Assembly: GCF_964204645.1 (NCBI RefSeq)
Contig: NC_134030.1
Coordinates: 8,103,122-8,167,121 of the forward strand
Length of the DNA: 64,000 nucleotides
Direction of reading: 5' to 3'
Source: Tubulanus polymorphus
Lineage: Eukaryota; Animalia; Nemertea
Shown here: piece by piece, positions 1 through 10,651 of the stretch
Layout of the letters: the number at the start of each line of letters is the position of its first letter
Position numbering within the stretch: position 1 is the first letter of the stretch
The notes under the pieces: generated by a model
The model's input: the letters and a program-made list of their open reading frames with translations, nothing else
Told to the model about the DNA's origin: nothing
Databases searched by the model: none
Made by a program: the position numbers and the translations under genes

Positions 1-1275
1 CGTATAAATAGTTTTTGATCTTAGAAATATTGAATTCATCTTAATTGTGGATCTAAGCCATTGGTTAATGAGCAATTTTTCCTAGCTATACATGATAATT
101 GTCAATTAAACAATAATCATAGCGCAAAACAAGGTACAGAGTATGGCTGTTGGGAATGATTTTAACCAATTAAAGCTTTGTTTTATTCTAGATTTGTCAA
201 AATGCTGAGACCTAATCACAGTTTCTAAAAGACACGCCCGCAGTCCATAGTTTCCCCATATATATTACACCAGATCTTGATAGAGCCCAAGACACTATTT
301 TATACATCTTTCCCCCAGAAATTCATTAATGCAATGGGTAAAGCAGCATATAATATATACTGTAAAGTGCCTGAATGTTTATAAATGTATCAATATACTT
401 TTGTAAAAAAATCTATTAACTGACGATAAAGTTTGATTGATATATATCTTTACAGGTAAAGCCAGCCTAAATGTATATGGGGCCCTAAAATATCTACACC
501 AGAAGAGTTTCACGTCAAACATTTTAAGATATTGAATGATTGCTAATATCTAAGCGATTGGTTATCTTGATTGTCAGTTAAACAAGCCATACGAGGCCTG
601 AAATATCTACGGTACATTTGAAAAATTTCACATTAGATATTGAATTTATCTTAATTGTACAAATCTTTTAATCAATAACTGACCAATCTTCATTTTAATT
701 ATCAGACCAAAGAATATTCAAGGGACCTCACTCAATCATTTCGTCTAATATTGTAAATATTCAAGCAATCATTGCCCTAACTATATTTCAATTTACTTTT
801 AATAATATACCGGCCATAGAGCTTCAATAAAGTAGTGCGGAGATGGTTAGCTTGACCAGCGTCTCTATCCTCACCAGTGCCTATGCATTCTACCCTAGAT
901 ATGAAAAATCAACTTAGCTTTATGTATGTATGCATTCCTGTTGCCATGCAGGATGAGACTGCCAGGTTTGGTTGCGGCAGGTCTTTCGGTGTTTGGTTCA
1001 TTCAACGTGGAGTCTTTTGTGGGCACTTCTAGTGGGTAGATTTTAGATGGGCCTTTCCGGATAAACCTAAAATGAGTAAAAGAATGTTATTCTGTAGTTA
1101 CACTATCCTTTCTGTATCATACATCGTAATTTACACATATATCAACTTAACTTTCAATATTGCTGAGTTCAGTGTTCTTTTTTCGCCATCTTCTGTAGTC
1201 GCCTTCAGCATCTTCTTTTTCATCTTGGGAGTCCTGAAATGAAAAAAAAGAGAAGAGCGATGAAAAACCTGGTAC

Positions 1276-2074
1276 GGAACAAAACTAATGTCCGAAAGCT
1301 TTTCAGCTCTCCGTCGCTGGTCACATGCCGAGAACACCAGACAAAGAGCCAGCCAGGAATATACTGCCCTCTACACGCCCTCACACAGAACACGAAAACC
1401 AGGATGACGACGCCTTACTTTCACCATTTACCGACAGGGTGTGCCGGGTGACGTCAGTAACTGACAAACCTATCAAATTACCCAAGCCAAAAATAGGGCA
1501 GCGCAACTGGATTGCCCGCACTAGCACTCAAAGGAAGACAAGACTTAGCCCTGCCCGAAGCAACCCACGCGGAATCAATGAATACTAACGCTCAAAGGAA
1601 GACAGGAAAATCAATCCCTGCCCGAAGCAATCCCTTAAAAGGAATCAATGAATGCTAGCATGCAAGCGATCCCGCAGTGAATCAATGAATCTCAGCACGC
1701 AAAGGAAGACAGGGAAATAAATCCCTGCCCGAAGCAATCCCTTAAAAGGAATCAATGAATGCTAGAACGCAAAGGAAGACAAGACTAAATCTTTGGCCGA
1801 AGCAATTCCTGAAAAGGAATCAATGAATACTAGTAGACAGTCCAGCTTTACCACTCCATTTTTAACCTTTGCAATCCGACCGACTTGCCCGTCATTGACG
1901 TCACCCAGCACGCTCTGTTGATACGTGGGGAGAGTGAGGCCTCGTCATCCTGGTTTTCGTGTTCCGTATGAGGGCATGTAGAGGGCAGCCATTTCCTGAC
2001 CGACTCTTTGTCTGACATCCTCGACATGTGACCGGTGAAGGAGAGCCGACGCTTTCGGACATTAGTTTTGTTCC
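1276..2074 (-). repeat. Long imperfect inverted repeat (~250-bp arms, 1276-1526 and 1828-2074) enclosing a tandem array
   Basis: Arm starting GGAACAAAACTAATGTCCGAAAGC (1276) aligns with the reverse complement of 1828-2074; differences are mostly transitions. Confidence 0.9.
1521..1833. repeat. Tandem array of four ~65-70-bp units plus one partial unit
   Basis: Units start at 1521, 1585, 1655 (partial), 1691 and 1762; consensus CTAGCACGCAAAGGAAGAC-var-CCCGAAGCAAT-var-AATCAATGAAT. Confidence 0.9.
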
Positions 2075-3684
2075 AGCAAACGTTGAAATTCGACAGAGAA
2101 ATCGGCCCTGAAAAATAAAACGGATTAAACCCTGAAAAATAGAACGGATTAGTTAACACGGAACAGCACAGGACAGTACGGAGACGAACAGTAACACATA
2201 AAACATAAAGACGTCGTTCCTCAGGAAGCAGGAACAGGAGCAGGAGCGGGAGCGCAGCGAAGATCACCAGGAGGAGAATCCACAGTAGCATGTTCACAGT
2301 GTGAGTAAGCTGAGGTGAATGGCCTATGCTTGTGTACACCGTGGTCAGCCGGTGACGTATTCAATAGCGCGTATAACTGATATCAACAACTCTGAAAAAC
2401 CGCAATTGTGTCCCTATTGTTGAATGGTTTTACATTATGAAAGGTTCCACCACCGGGTTGAATACGCGCCAGTAGCCAGCTGAACAATATAGTGGAGGAA
2501 CTTTAATAAGGCCATGAAATAAATAAATAACTTGATATCCAACCTGCCAACAGCTACTTCCGAATTTTATAGCCGCCGCCTGCTTTTTTTTCTTAAATTC
2601 TAGAATAATTTATAAATTATACCGACCGATAGCTCTTCAGTTAAAGATTCACACCAACACAGGTCTTCATATCAAAGAAACCGCGTAAACATTTACTAAT
2701 GAAATTAGTTTATTAGTCACAACTACGTAAGGACAGTTCATGCACCCCAAGATAACTAACTCACACCATGCACGAGGAAAGCGGTCTATTTGAGGCATTG
2801 GGGGAAAACCCACTAATACATGTATTCATGATTAATCATCATTCATAGGGCCTACTGTTATCACGGAATCCCGTCAATAGACAGATTTTCATTTTTTTTA
2901 AACTCCTTGATTCAATTGAGGGGAGACATATTAGGCTTTTTTTAAATACTTGGAGCACTGAACTTCTGAAATTCTGCCAAAAAACTTCATGTTTACCACT
3001 CATAATTTGAAAAAAAAAAACAAATTGTTTTCTTTAATTTTGATACTGGATTAAACGGAACATCATCATGTAAATTTAGGAAAGTACATATTAGAATTTC
3101 GTTTCTTGTTCCAATTTACTCTTATCCCATTTTTGATTTTGGTCATAGAGTATGGCGGTATCAAATCATGCTTACAGGGTCAGTCTGTCCATGAGGATAC
3201 CAGTTGTGATTAGTCAGACAAGTCATGATTAGGCATTGATACAATTCACTAAGTGAAAAAGTGCCACCTGCCACTTTTTCCGCATTAAGTGTTAAATTCT
3301 ACTTAAGCCTACAAAAATCATGTCATCATTGATGCCGGTCCTCTGATAGAAGAAAAATAAACTCAAAAGAACCATTCAGTAAATGATAATAATAATATTG
3401 AGTTTATTAAATCACAATGCAATAAAAGTGGTAATTTTCAATTTGCCTCGCACAAATTCATACGCTCACTGTTGTAATGTGGTCACAATTCTCTGGTGAA
3501 ATTAATCCCTTAAGTTCCTAATCTTTGTTTCTTGGTGAAATAATGTACGTTCGATATTGAACCTCGCCATCAATGACTCTCGCCTTTCTTTCCCACTACC
3601 AGAAATAATAAAAAGAAAGTATTTCTTAGTGGTTAATTATTGATGTCGAAAAGTCTGTACAGTCTTTGAATTTAGAAAATTATA

Positions 3685-3837
3685 CAGCGAAACCACGTTG
3701 CAACCAACTTCAGGGCACTAGAAAATCTGTTAGTTATAACTCGTTATATCAAGTATGGAAATAATTGATATTGTCTTATCTGGAATGGAATTCTAGTTTT
3801 GTATTAACTGATAAATTGTTAAAACGAGGTTCCGCTG
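3685..3837. mobile_element. Tc1/mariner-type MITE
   Basis: TA-CAGCGAAACCACGTT...AACGAGGTTCCGCTG-TA; related copy at ~41378-41550. Confidence 0.65.
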
Positions 3838-3929
3838 TAAAAAGAGTTCTACAGATGGTGAAAATATCTCAGAATTCATTGTCTCAAAATTGAGGTTGGA
3901 ATTCCAAATAAATCTGTGACTGAAATATC

Positions 3930-4117
3930 AGTAATAGGGATAATAGGCTTTCAGATCAAAGGTCGAAGGGTCGAGTGAGTAAAAAATGAAAATAACAATA
4001 ATTTCCAGTTGAATTAGTCGCGCACACTCCTAATTCAACTGGAAATTATTGTTATTTTCATTTTTTACTCACTCGCCCCTTCAACCTTTAACCTGAAAGC
4101 CTATTATCCCTATTACT
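3930..4117. repeat. Left terminal hairpin (88-bp arms, 12-nt GC-rich loop)
   Basis: 3930-4017 is the reverse complement of 4030-4117 with 4 mismatches; loop TCGCGCACACTC. Confidence 0.95.
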
Positions 4118-4367
4118 CTTAAAATATTCATATATATATAAACATAATTTACATGAATAACATTTAAATTGACAGATTATTCAATATAAAAGTGTAAGCT
4201 CTTATAGAATAGATATATAGATATATTTACAACATTATTTCAATATTTATATTTGTATGAGTTAGATTTTTAAACATTAAAAGTGTTAGTAAAGTGTGAT
4301 TGAAATAATACATGATATAAATCATTGAACTTCTAAAATCAATTTTAATAAAAAATTTAGTATTAAA

Positions 4368-4655
4368 ATGGAAGCAAATAAGTACTACTGCCCAACATGT
4401 AATATCAATATAGATAAATCCCAAAAATCAAGACACAATAAAACTAAAACACATTTAGAGAATAAATTGAAACTAGAATATAAAGATGATATATTAGAAA
4501 CTAAATTAGATGAATTAAAGAATGAAAAAGAAACATATAAATGTGATACATGTAATCAATCATTCAGTGATAAAAGATATTATAAAGAACATTTAAAATC
4601 TAAAAGTCATATTAGTATTAAGAATAATGACATTTTAAGGAATGAAAAAGGATGA
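4368..4655 (+). CDS. C2H2/U1-like zinc-finger protein, left-arm copy (shortened)
   Basis: CPTC...HNKTKTH and CDTC...HLKSKSH motifs; N-terminus near-identical to 11509-11081 (-). Confidence 0.7.
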   Translation: MEANKYYCPTCNINIDKSQKSRHNKTKTHLENKLKLEYKDDILETKLDELKNEKETYKCDTCNQSFSDKRYYKEHLKSKSHISIKNNDILRNEKG

Positions 4656-4722
4656 CGTTAGTCGAAGAAATGGAAGAGGATTCTAAAATGTTAATCAATT
4701 TTAATAAAAATATATATTATAA

Positions 4723-5527
4723 ATGGAGGAACAATCACAAGCTATAAATATAAACAATAATGGTGTAATAAATATATATCAGAAGACATGTTATAAGTGT
4801 AAAATAAATAAGCCATTTACAGAATTTAATAAACATAAAAAAACTAAAGATGGTAAAAGTTGTTATTGCAAAACTTGTAATAAACTATATAATAAACAAT
4901 ATCGAGCAAATAATCCAGAAAAATATAAAGAAAAAGATAAACAATGGAGAGAAAATAATCCAGAAAAGTGGAAAGTTTATAATAAACAATGGAGAGAAAA
5001 TCACCCAGAATATATGAGAGAATGGAGAGAAAATCACCCAGAATATATGAGGGAATGGAGGGAAAATAATAGAGAGAATATTAACAATTATCAAAATGAA
5101 AAATATCAAACAGATCTAAATTTTAAAATGAAAAAAATGTTTGATAAATAGATTAACACAATTATTCAGTAAAGAAAACCACTCAGTTACACTAGCACAT
5201 TTATTGGATTGTTCAGATAAATTCTTCAAATCATGGATAATATTTCAATTCGATGATAAAATGAATATAAATAATTATGGTAATTATTTTCATATTGATC
5301 ATGTGTTGCCTATTTCTAAATTTGACATGAATGATGAATATGATAAAAAGTTAATTTGGAATTGGAAAAACCTGAGACCTCTTGAAAAGAAGGAAAATAT
5401 GATTAAACATGACAAACTAGATTTACAGTTATATTTAGAACAGTTAACAAAAGTAAAGAAATGCATTGAATTATGGAACAATAATCCAAATAATGAACAA
5501 TACGTTGAATCTTTATTGAGTGGTTAA
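4723..5527 (+). pseudogene. Zn-finger + WRENxPE repeats + HNH endonuclease, frameshifted near 5130-5140
   Basis: CYKC...CKTC finger, repeated WRENNPE/WRENHPE units, then HIDHVLP...NLRPLEKKEN in the next frame; the break lies in an A-run. Confidence 0.75.
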
Positions 5528-5786
5528 AGATTAATATATCTCAAATAAAATATATTAAAAAAACAATAACTTCAACTAGCCATTATTTCTATTTTAATTT
5601 TTAATATTTTCTTTTACAATTCTTTTCAAAAGAGAATACTTTATATCGCAAATGAAAAATACTAAAAAAACAATAACTAATACTAAAATTCTTTACAACT
5701 AACTAAGTTAGTATTAATCTAAAGAGATGCTGGTATCATTTTATAATACTTATATTTTTTTTTCTTATTAAATTTCTCTAATATAA

Positions 5787-6385
5787 ATGTCAAAGAAATC
5801 GAGTAAGAATAGTATTGATATTGAAAAGACATTAGATGATTTGGGTATAAGTGATAATAAAGATACAGTTGTAACTAATTGTGCTCAAGTGAATTGTTAT
5901 ATAGATTATGAATACTATTTATATTGTAAACACTAGGATTATTAATTGCTGGCGGGAAATCTAAGGATTTCTTGGGAAAAATTTTAACTTATCAAGAACT
6001 AGATGCTATGAAACCCGATAAAGTAATAAAATATTTTAAGATTTATGAAGAAGCAAGATTAGCCCGAATAAATGATTCTATTTCAGATGGTATTGTCAAA
6101 TGTTATTCTAAGTTATGTAACCAGTTAATACCAATTAATGATGAAAATAAATTATATAGTGATTTAAAAAATGACTATTTAGTTATGACTGAATTAAAAA
6201 AATGGGTTGGTTATGCTTCATTCCAATTAGGATCGGTTATGACATTAATTTCTACTGGTGTCATAACATTTTCGAATATCAAGCCTATGGAATATAAATC
6301 AGGTAAGAACGAAACAGATGTACTACAACCAAACGTCGAAACAGAAAATGAATCAGAACAAAAATTAACTAAATTAAATGAGTGA
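5787..6385 (+). pseudogene. Left-arm copy of the 200-aa protein with hydrophobic C-terminal segment, disrupted near 5934
   Basis: ATG at 5787 matches the start of the intact 9862-9260 (-) copy; in-frame TAG plus a small deletion near 5934. Confidence 0.75.
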
Positions 6386-6746
6386 TGGCGTTAAGAAAAA
6401 GGCTAGATCCGAAAAACAAATTAAATGGGCAAGAGAATTAGGTAAAAGATCTTCAGAATTAAAAAAAGCTAAGAAAAAGAAATTAACTGATATAAATGAA
6501 TCACAGAAATTATCTGATATTGATTCAAATAATAATCCATCTAATTCTTCTAATGCTGGAAGTAATTATAAATTATATATTACAATTAGATTAGTAACAG
6601 TTATTATATTATCCGGTGTAATATATAAATCAAAATTCAAATCTGATGATAAATATGATTCCAATGACAATAAACCTATTATACCAGAAAATAAATCAAA
6701 TGATAAAGTCATTGAAAATAAACCAAGATTATTATTAATGGATTAA
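6378..6746 (+). CDS. Small protein with basic N-terminus and one predicted transmembrane helix
   Basis: KKKARSEKQIKW...KKAKKKK followed by LYITIRLVTVIILSGVIY; overlaps the upstream ORF by 8 nt; duplicated in the right arm. Confidence 0.7.
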   Translation: MSDGVKKKARSEKQIKWARELGKRSSELKKAKKKKLTDINESQKLSDIDSNNNPSNSSNAGSNYKLYITIRLVTVIILSGVIYKSKFKSDDKYDSNDNKPIIPENKSNDKVIENKPRLLLMD

Positions 6747-6752
6747 AATAAG

Positions 6753-7861
6753 ATGAAAAAAGAACAATATTTAAGAGATTTATATTATAACCCAGAGAGT
6801 GAAGTATCATATTCTAACGTTTCAGAATTATGGAATAAAATTAAATCTGATAATGAAAATGGTGCCGTACGGCGCCCACACGGTGATATAAAATATAGTG
6901 AATTAAAATCATGGTTACAAAATCAACCAACATATCAAATCCACAAGAAAATGGATAAAACTTATTTAACAAGAAAAGTTATGGTTTCATATATCGATCA
7001 ACAATGGCAAGCAGATTTAATTGACATGAAGAACTTAGAAGAATACAACAAAGGATATTTCTGGATATTCAATGTTATAGATATATTCAGTAGATACGCA
7101 TGGTCAATTCCAATCAAAAATAAAACTGGTATAGAAGTGACAAATGCTTTTAAGAATATATTTGAAGAAGCTATTCCAGATAAGATACAATTTGATGAAG
7201 GTAAGGAATTTTATAACAAACATTTTAAAAAACTATTATCTGATAACGATGTAGACTATTTTTCAACACATTCAGATAAAAAAGCATCTATTATAGAAAG
7301 ATTTAATAAAACATTGAAAACTAGAATGTGGAAATATTTTACTGCTAATGAAACATATAAATATATCGATGTATTAGATGATTTAGTGAAAGGTTATAAT
7401 AATTCTAAACATAGTTCTATAAATATGAAACCTATACAAGCTAGAAAAGAAGATAATTCAGAAATAGTTTGGAATAATTTATATGGCGCATTTGTTACAC
7501 ATGATTTCGGCGAACCTAAATTTAAAATAGGACAACATGTCAGAATATCTAAATATAGAAAAACATTTTATAAAGGTTATACCCCTAATTTTACAGAAGA
7601 AATATTCAAGATTAAAAAGATAATATTAACTAATTTGTTTATAAATTAGAAGATCTAAAAGATGAAGAAATATTAGGTTATTTCTATGAACAAGAATTAT
7701 CACTTGTACCAAATCCAGATGAAATAGAATACAAAATAGAAAAAGTATTGAAAACAAAAACTCTTAAAGGAAAAAAGTATTCTTTGGTGAAATATAAAGG
7801 ATACGATGATAAATTTAATGAATGGATTTTATCTAGTAAAATCAAAAGAATAAATGAGTAA
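6753..7861 (+). pseudogene. Polinton/Maverick-type retroviral-like integrase with C-terminal chromodomain; frameshift at ~7633
   Basis: WQADLIDM, IDIFSRYAW, QFDEGKEF and IIERFNKTLK (DDE triad). A 4-nt deletion relative to the right-arm copy shifts the frame; the corrected frame continues YKIEKVLKTKTLKGKKYSLVKYKGYDDKFNEWI to TAA at 7859-7861. Confidence 0.92.
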
Positions 7862-8408
7862 AGATTTATTTATATTTGAACCGCATAATATGTTAGTTAC
7901 TGGAGTAACCAATTGTGGTAAAACACATTTCATATTAGATTTGTTAGAAACTATTTATAAGAATCATTTTGATAATATAATATTATTCTGCCCCACTTAT
8001 GAAATGAATGAAACATATAATAGAGATATAGTTAAGATAAAAAAGTTTATTATATCAGATCCTAAAACAGTAAAAGAAAATTTAGATAATTGTATTAAAA
8101 TAGCAATTGATACTTATAAAGGATCAAATACATTATTCATTATAGATGATTGCGCAAATTTACATGATTCAAAAGTGAGAGAAAGTGAGTTATGTTATTT
8201 AGTTTTCTCTGGGAGACATTTTGGGATAACAACATGGGTTTTAAATCAAAAATATAATTCAATTGTTAAAGACTTTAGGGAGAATATAAGATTTCTAGTT
8301 TTATTTTATAACAAAGATAAAAAATCTATGCAACAATCATTGGAAGAAAATCAAATTATACCTACTGAATTACATGATGAATATATGAATAAATTAAAGA
8401 ATAATTAA
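7854..8408 (+). CDS. A32/FtsK-HerA superfamily DNA packaging ATPase
   Basis: Walker A GVTNCGKT, Walker B FIIDD, arginine-finger region GRHFGI, sensor LNQ. The stop at 8408 may be premature because the frame stays open for 18 more codons to 8465. Confidence 0.88.
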   Translation: MSKDLFIFEPHNMLVTGVTNCGKTHFILDLLETIYKNHFDNIILFCPTYEMNETYNRDIVKIKKFIISDPKTVKENLDNCIKIAIDTYKGSNTLFIIDDCANLHDSKVRESELCYLVFSGRHFGITTWVLNQKYNSIVKDFRENIRFLVLFYNKDKKSMQQSLEENQIIPTELHDEYMNKLKNN

Positions 8409-8494
8409 GGTTCAAAATTATTACTGAGATTACAATTTCCATATGAATATAAATTTATAAAATAACTATTTATAATTTGGAATATTATAGAAAC

Positions 8495-8603
8495 TAATTT
8501 ATATATCTATATACTAGACGTACGAGTAAGAAAGTAAGATTCTTACCAAGAAAGTAAGATTCTTAGATTCTTACGTACGTCTAGTATATAGATATATAAA
8601 TTA
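8495..8603. repeat. Central hairpin of the element
   Basis: Perfect 30-bp arms TAATTTATATATCTATATACTAGACGTACG and its reverse complement; loop contains AAGAAAGTAAGATTCTTA twice. Confidence 0.9.
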
Positions 8604-8745
8604 TTAAATGAATTATATAAAAATGAATAAATTATATGTTTTCTCTTAATAATAATAAAAATAGATTATATTATAACTATTTCTATACTTAGATTAATAA
8701 TTTTATGTTTTTAATTATTATAAAACTAATTTATATAACTATATA

Positions 8746-9267
8746 CTAGACTTCATCTTTTAGATCTTCTAATTTATAAACAAATGGTTTAGTTAATATT
8801 ATCTTTTTAATCTTGAATATTTCTTCTGTAAAATTAGGGGTATAACCTTTATAAAATGTTTTTCTATATTTAGATATTCTTACGTGTTGTCCTATTTTAA
8901 ATTTAGGTTCTCCAAAATCATGTGTTACAAACGCTCCATATAAATTATTCCAAACTATTTCTGAATTATCTTCTTTTCTAGCTTGTATAGGTTTCATATT
9001 TATAGAACTATGTTTAGAATTATTATAACCTTTCACTAAATCAACTGTTACTAATCCAATTGTAATATATAATTTATAATTACTTCCAGCATTAGAAGAA
9101 TTAGATGGATTATTATTTGAATCAATATCAGATAATTTCTGTGATTCATTTATATCAGTTAATTTCTTTTTCTTAGCTTTTTTTAATTCTGAAGATCTTT
9201 TACCTAATTCTCTTGCCCATTTAATTTGTTTTTCGGATCTAGCCTTTTTCTTAACGCCATCACCCAT
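8746..9267 (-). pseudogene. Deletion-generated fusion of the small membrane protein N-terminus and the integrase C-terminal part
   Basis: ...ITIGLVTV|DLVKGYNN...; corresponds to left-arm 6378-~6602 joined to ~7380-7666. Confidence 0.85.
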
Positions 9268-9862
9268 TTATTTTAGTTAATTTTTGTTCTGATTCATTTT
9301 CTGTTTCACTGTTTGGTTGTAGTACATCTGTTTCGTTCTTACCTGATTTATATTCCATAGGCTTGATGTTCGAAAATGTTATGACACCAGTAGAAATTAA
9401 TGTCATAACCGATCCTAATTGAAATGAAGCATAACCGACCCATTTTTGTAATTCATTCATAACTAAATAGTCATTTTCCAAATCACTATATAATTTATTT
9501 TCATCATCAATTGGTATTAACTGGTTACATAACTTAGAATAACATTTGACAATACCATCTGAAATAGAATCATTTATTCGGGCCAATCTTGCCTCTTCAT
9601 AAATCTTAAAATATTTTATTACTTTATCTGGTTTCATAGCATCTAATTCTTGAAAAGTTATTATTTTCCCGATAAACTGATTACATTTCCCGCCAGCAAT
9701 TAATAATTGAAGATGATGCTTACAATATAAATAGTATTCATAATCAATATTGTAATTAACTTGAATAGAATTAGAAACAACTGTATCTTTATTATCACTT
9801 ATGCCCAAATCATCTAATGTTTTTTCAATATCAATACTATTCTTACTCGATTTCTTTGACAT
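9260..9862 (-). CDS. Uncharacterised 200-aa element protein with hydrophobic C-terminal segment
   Basis: Intact ORF duplicated in the left arm; WVGYASFQLGSVMTLISTGVITF is hydrophobic. Confidence 0.7.
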   Translation of the reverse strand: MSKKSSKNSIDIEKTLDDLGISDNKDTVVSNSIQVNYNIDYEYYLYCKHHLQLLIAGGKCNQFIGKIITFQELDAMKPDKVIKYFKIYEEARLARINDSISDGIVKCYSKLCNQLIPIDDENKLYSDLENDYLVMNELQKWVGYASFQLGSVMTLISTGVITFSNIKPMEYKSGKNETDVLQPNSETENESEQKLTKING

Positions 9863-10110
9863 TTATATTAGAGAAATTTAATAAGAAAAATATTATAAGT
9901 ATTCTTCAAATGATACTAGTATCTCTTTAGATTAATACTAGCTTAGTTAAAGGTAAAGAATTTTAGTATTAGTTATTGTTTTTTTAGTATTTTTTATTTG
10001 TGATATAAAGTATTCTTTTTTGAAAAGAAAATATTAAAAATTAAAATAGAAATAATGGCTAGTTGAAGTTATTGTTTTTTTAATATATTTTATTTGAGAT
10101 ATATTAATCT

Positions 10111-10651
10111 TTAACCACTCAATAAAGATTCAACGTATTGTTCATTATTTGGATTATTGTTCCATAATTCAATGAATTTCTTTGCTTTATCTAATTGATC
10201 CAAATATAACTGTAAATCTAGTTTGTCATGTTTAATCATATTTTCCTTCTTTTCAAGAGGTCTCAGGTTTTTCCAATTCCAAATTAACTTTTTATCATAT
10301 TCATCATTCATGTCAAATTTAGATATTGGTAACACATGATCAATATGAAAATAATTGCCATAATTATTTATATTCATTTTATCATCGAATTGAAATATTA
10401 TCCATGATTTGAAGAATTTATCTGAACAATCCAATAAATGTGCTAGTGTAACTGAGTGGTTTTCTTTACTGAATAATTTTGATACTTTAGATCTTTCAGC
10501 TTTTGCAATATGTTTGTTTGCCATCTTTTTTAGTTTTATTTTTTTGAAATTCTGTTAATGATTTATTCAATTCACACTTATTACATTTCTTATAGCATAT
10601 ATTTATTACACCATTATTGTTTATATTTATAGCTTGTGATTGTTCCTCCAT
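10111..10651 (-). pseudogene. Right-arm HNH endonuclease copy with the repeat region deleted
   Basis: Starts MEEQSQAIN at 10651, stops after YCKS; the HNH domain follows in another frame. Confidence 0.75.

Noticed and set aside
1-800. Weak recurring motifs such as GATATTGAAT and AAATATCTAC
   Set aside because: Too degenerate to define units or boundaries by eye.
1521-1833. CRISPR array or hammerhead repeat
   Set aside because: Eukaryotic context with no cas genes; the variable parts are short related hairpins, not unique spacers; no CUGANGA/GAAA core on either strand.
1131-2339. Short ORFs at 1131, 1239, 1325 and 1848
   Set aside because: Their mutual similarity is explained by the inverted repeat; no recognisable domain.
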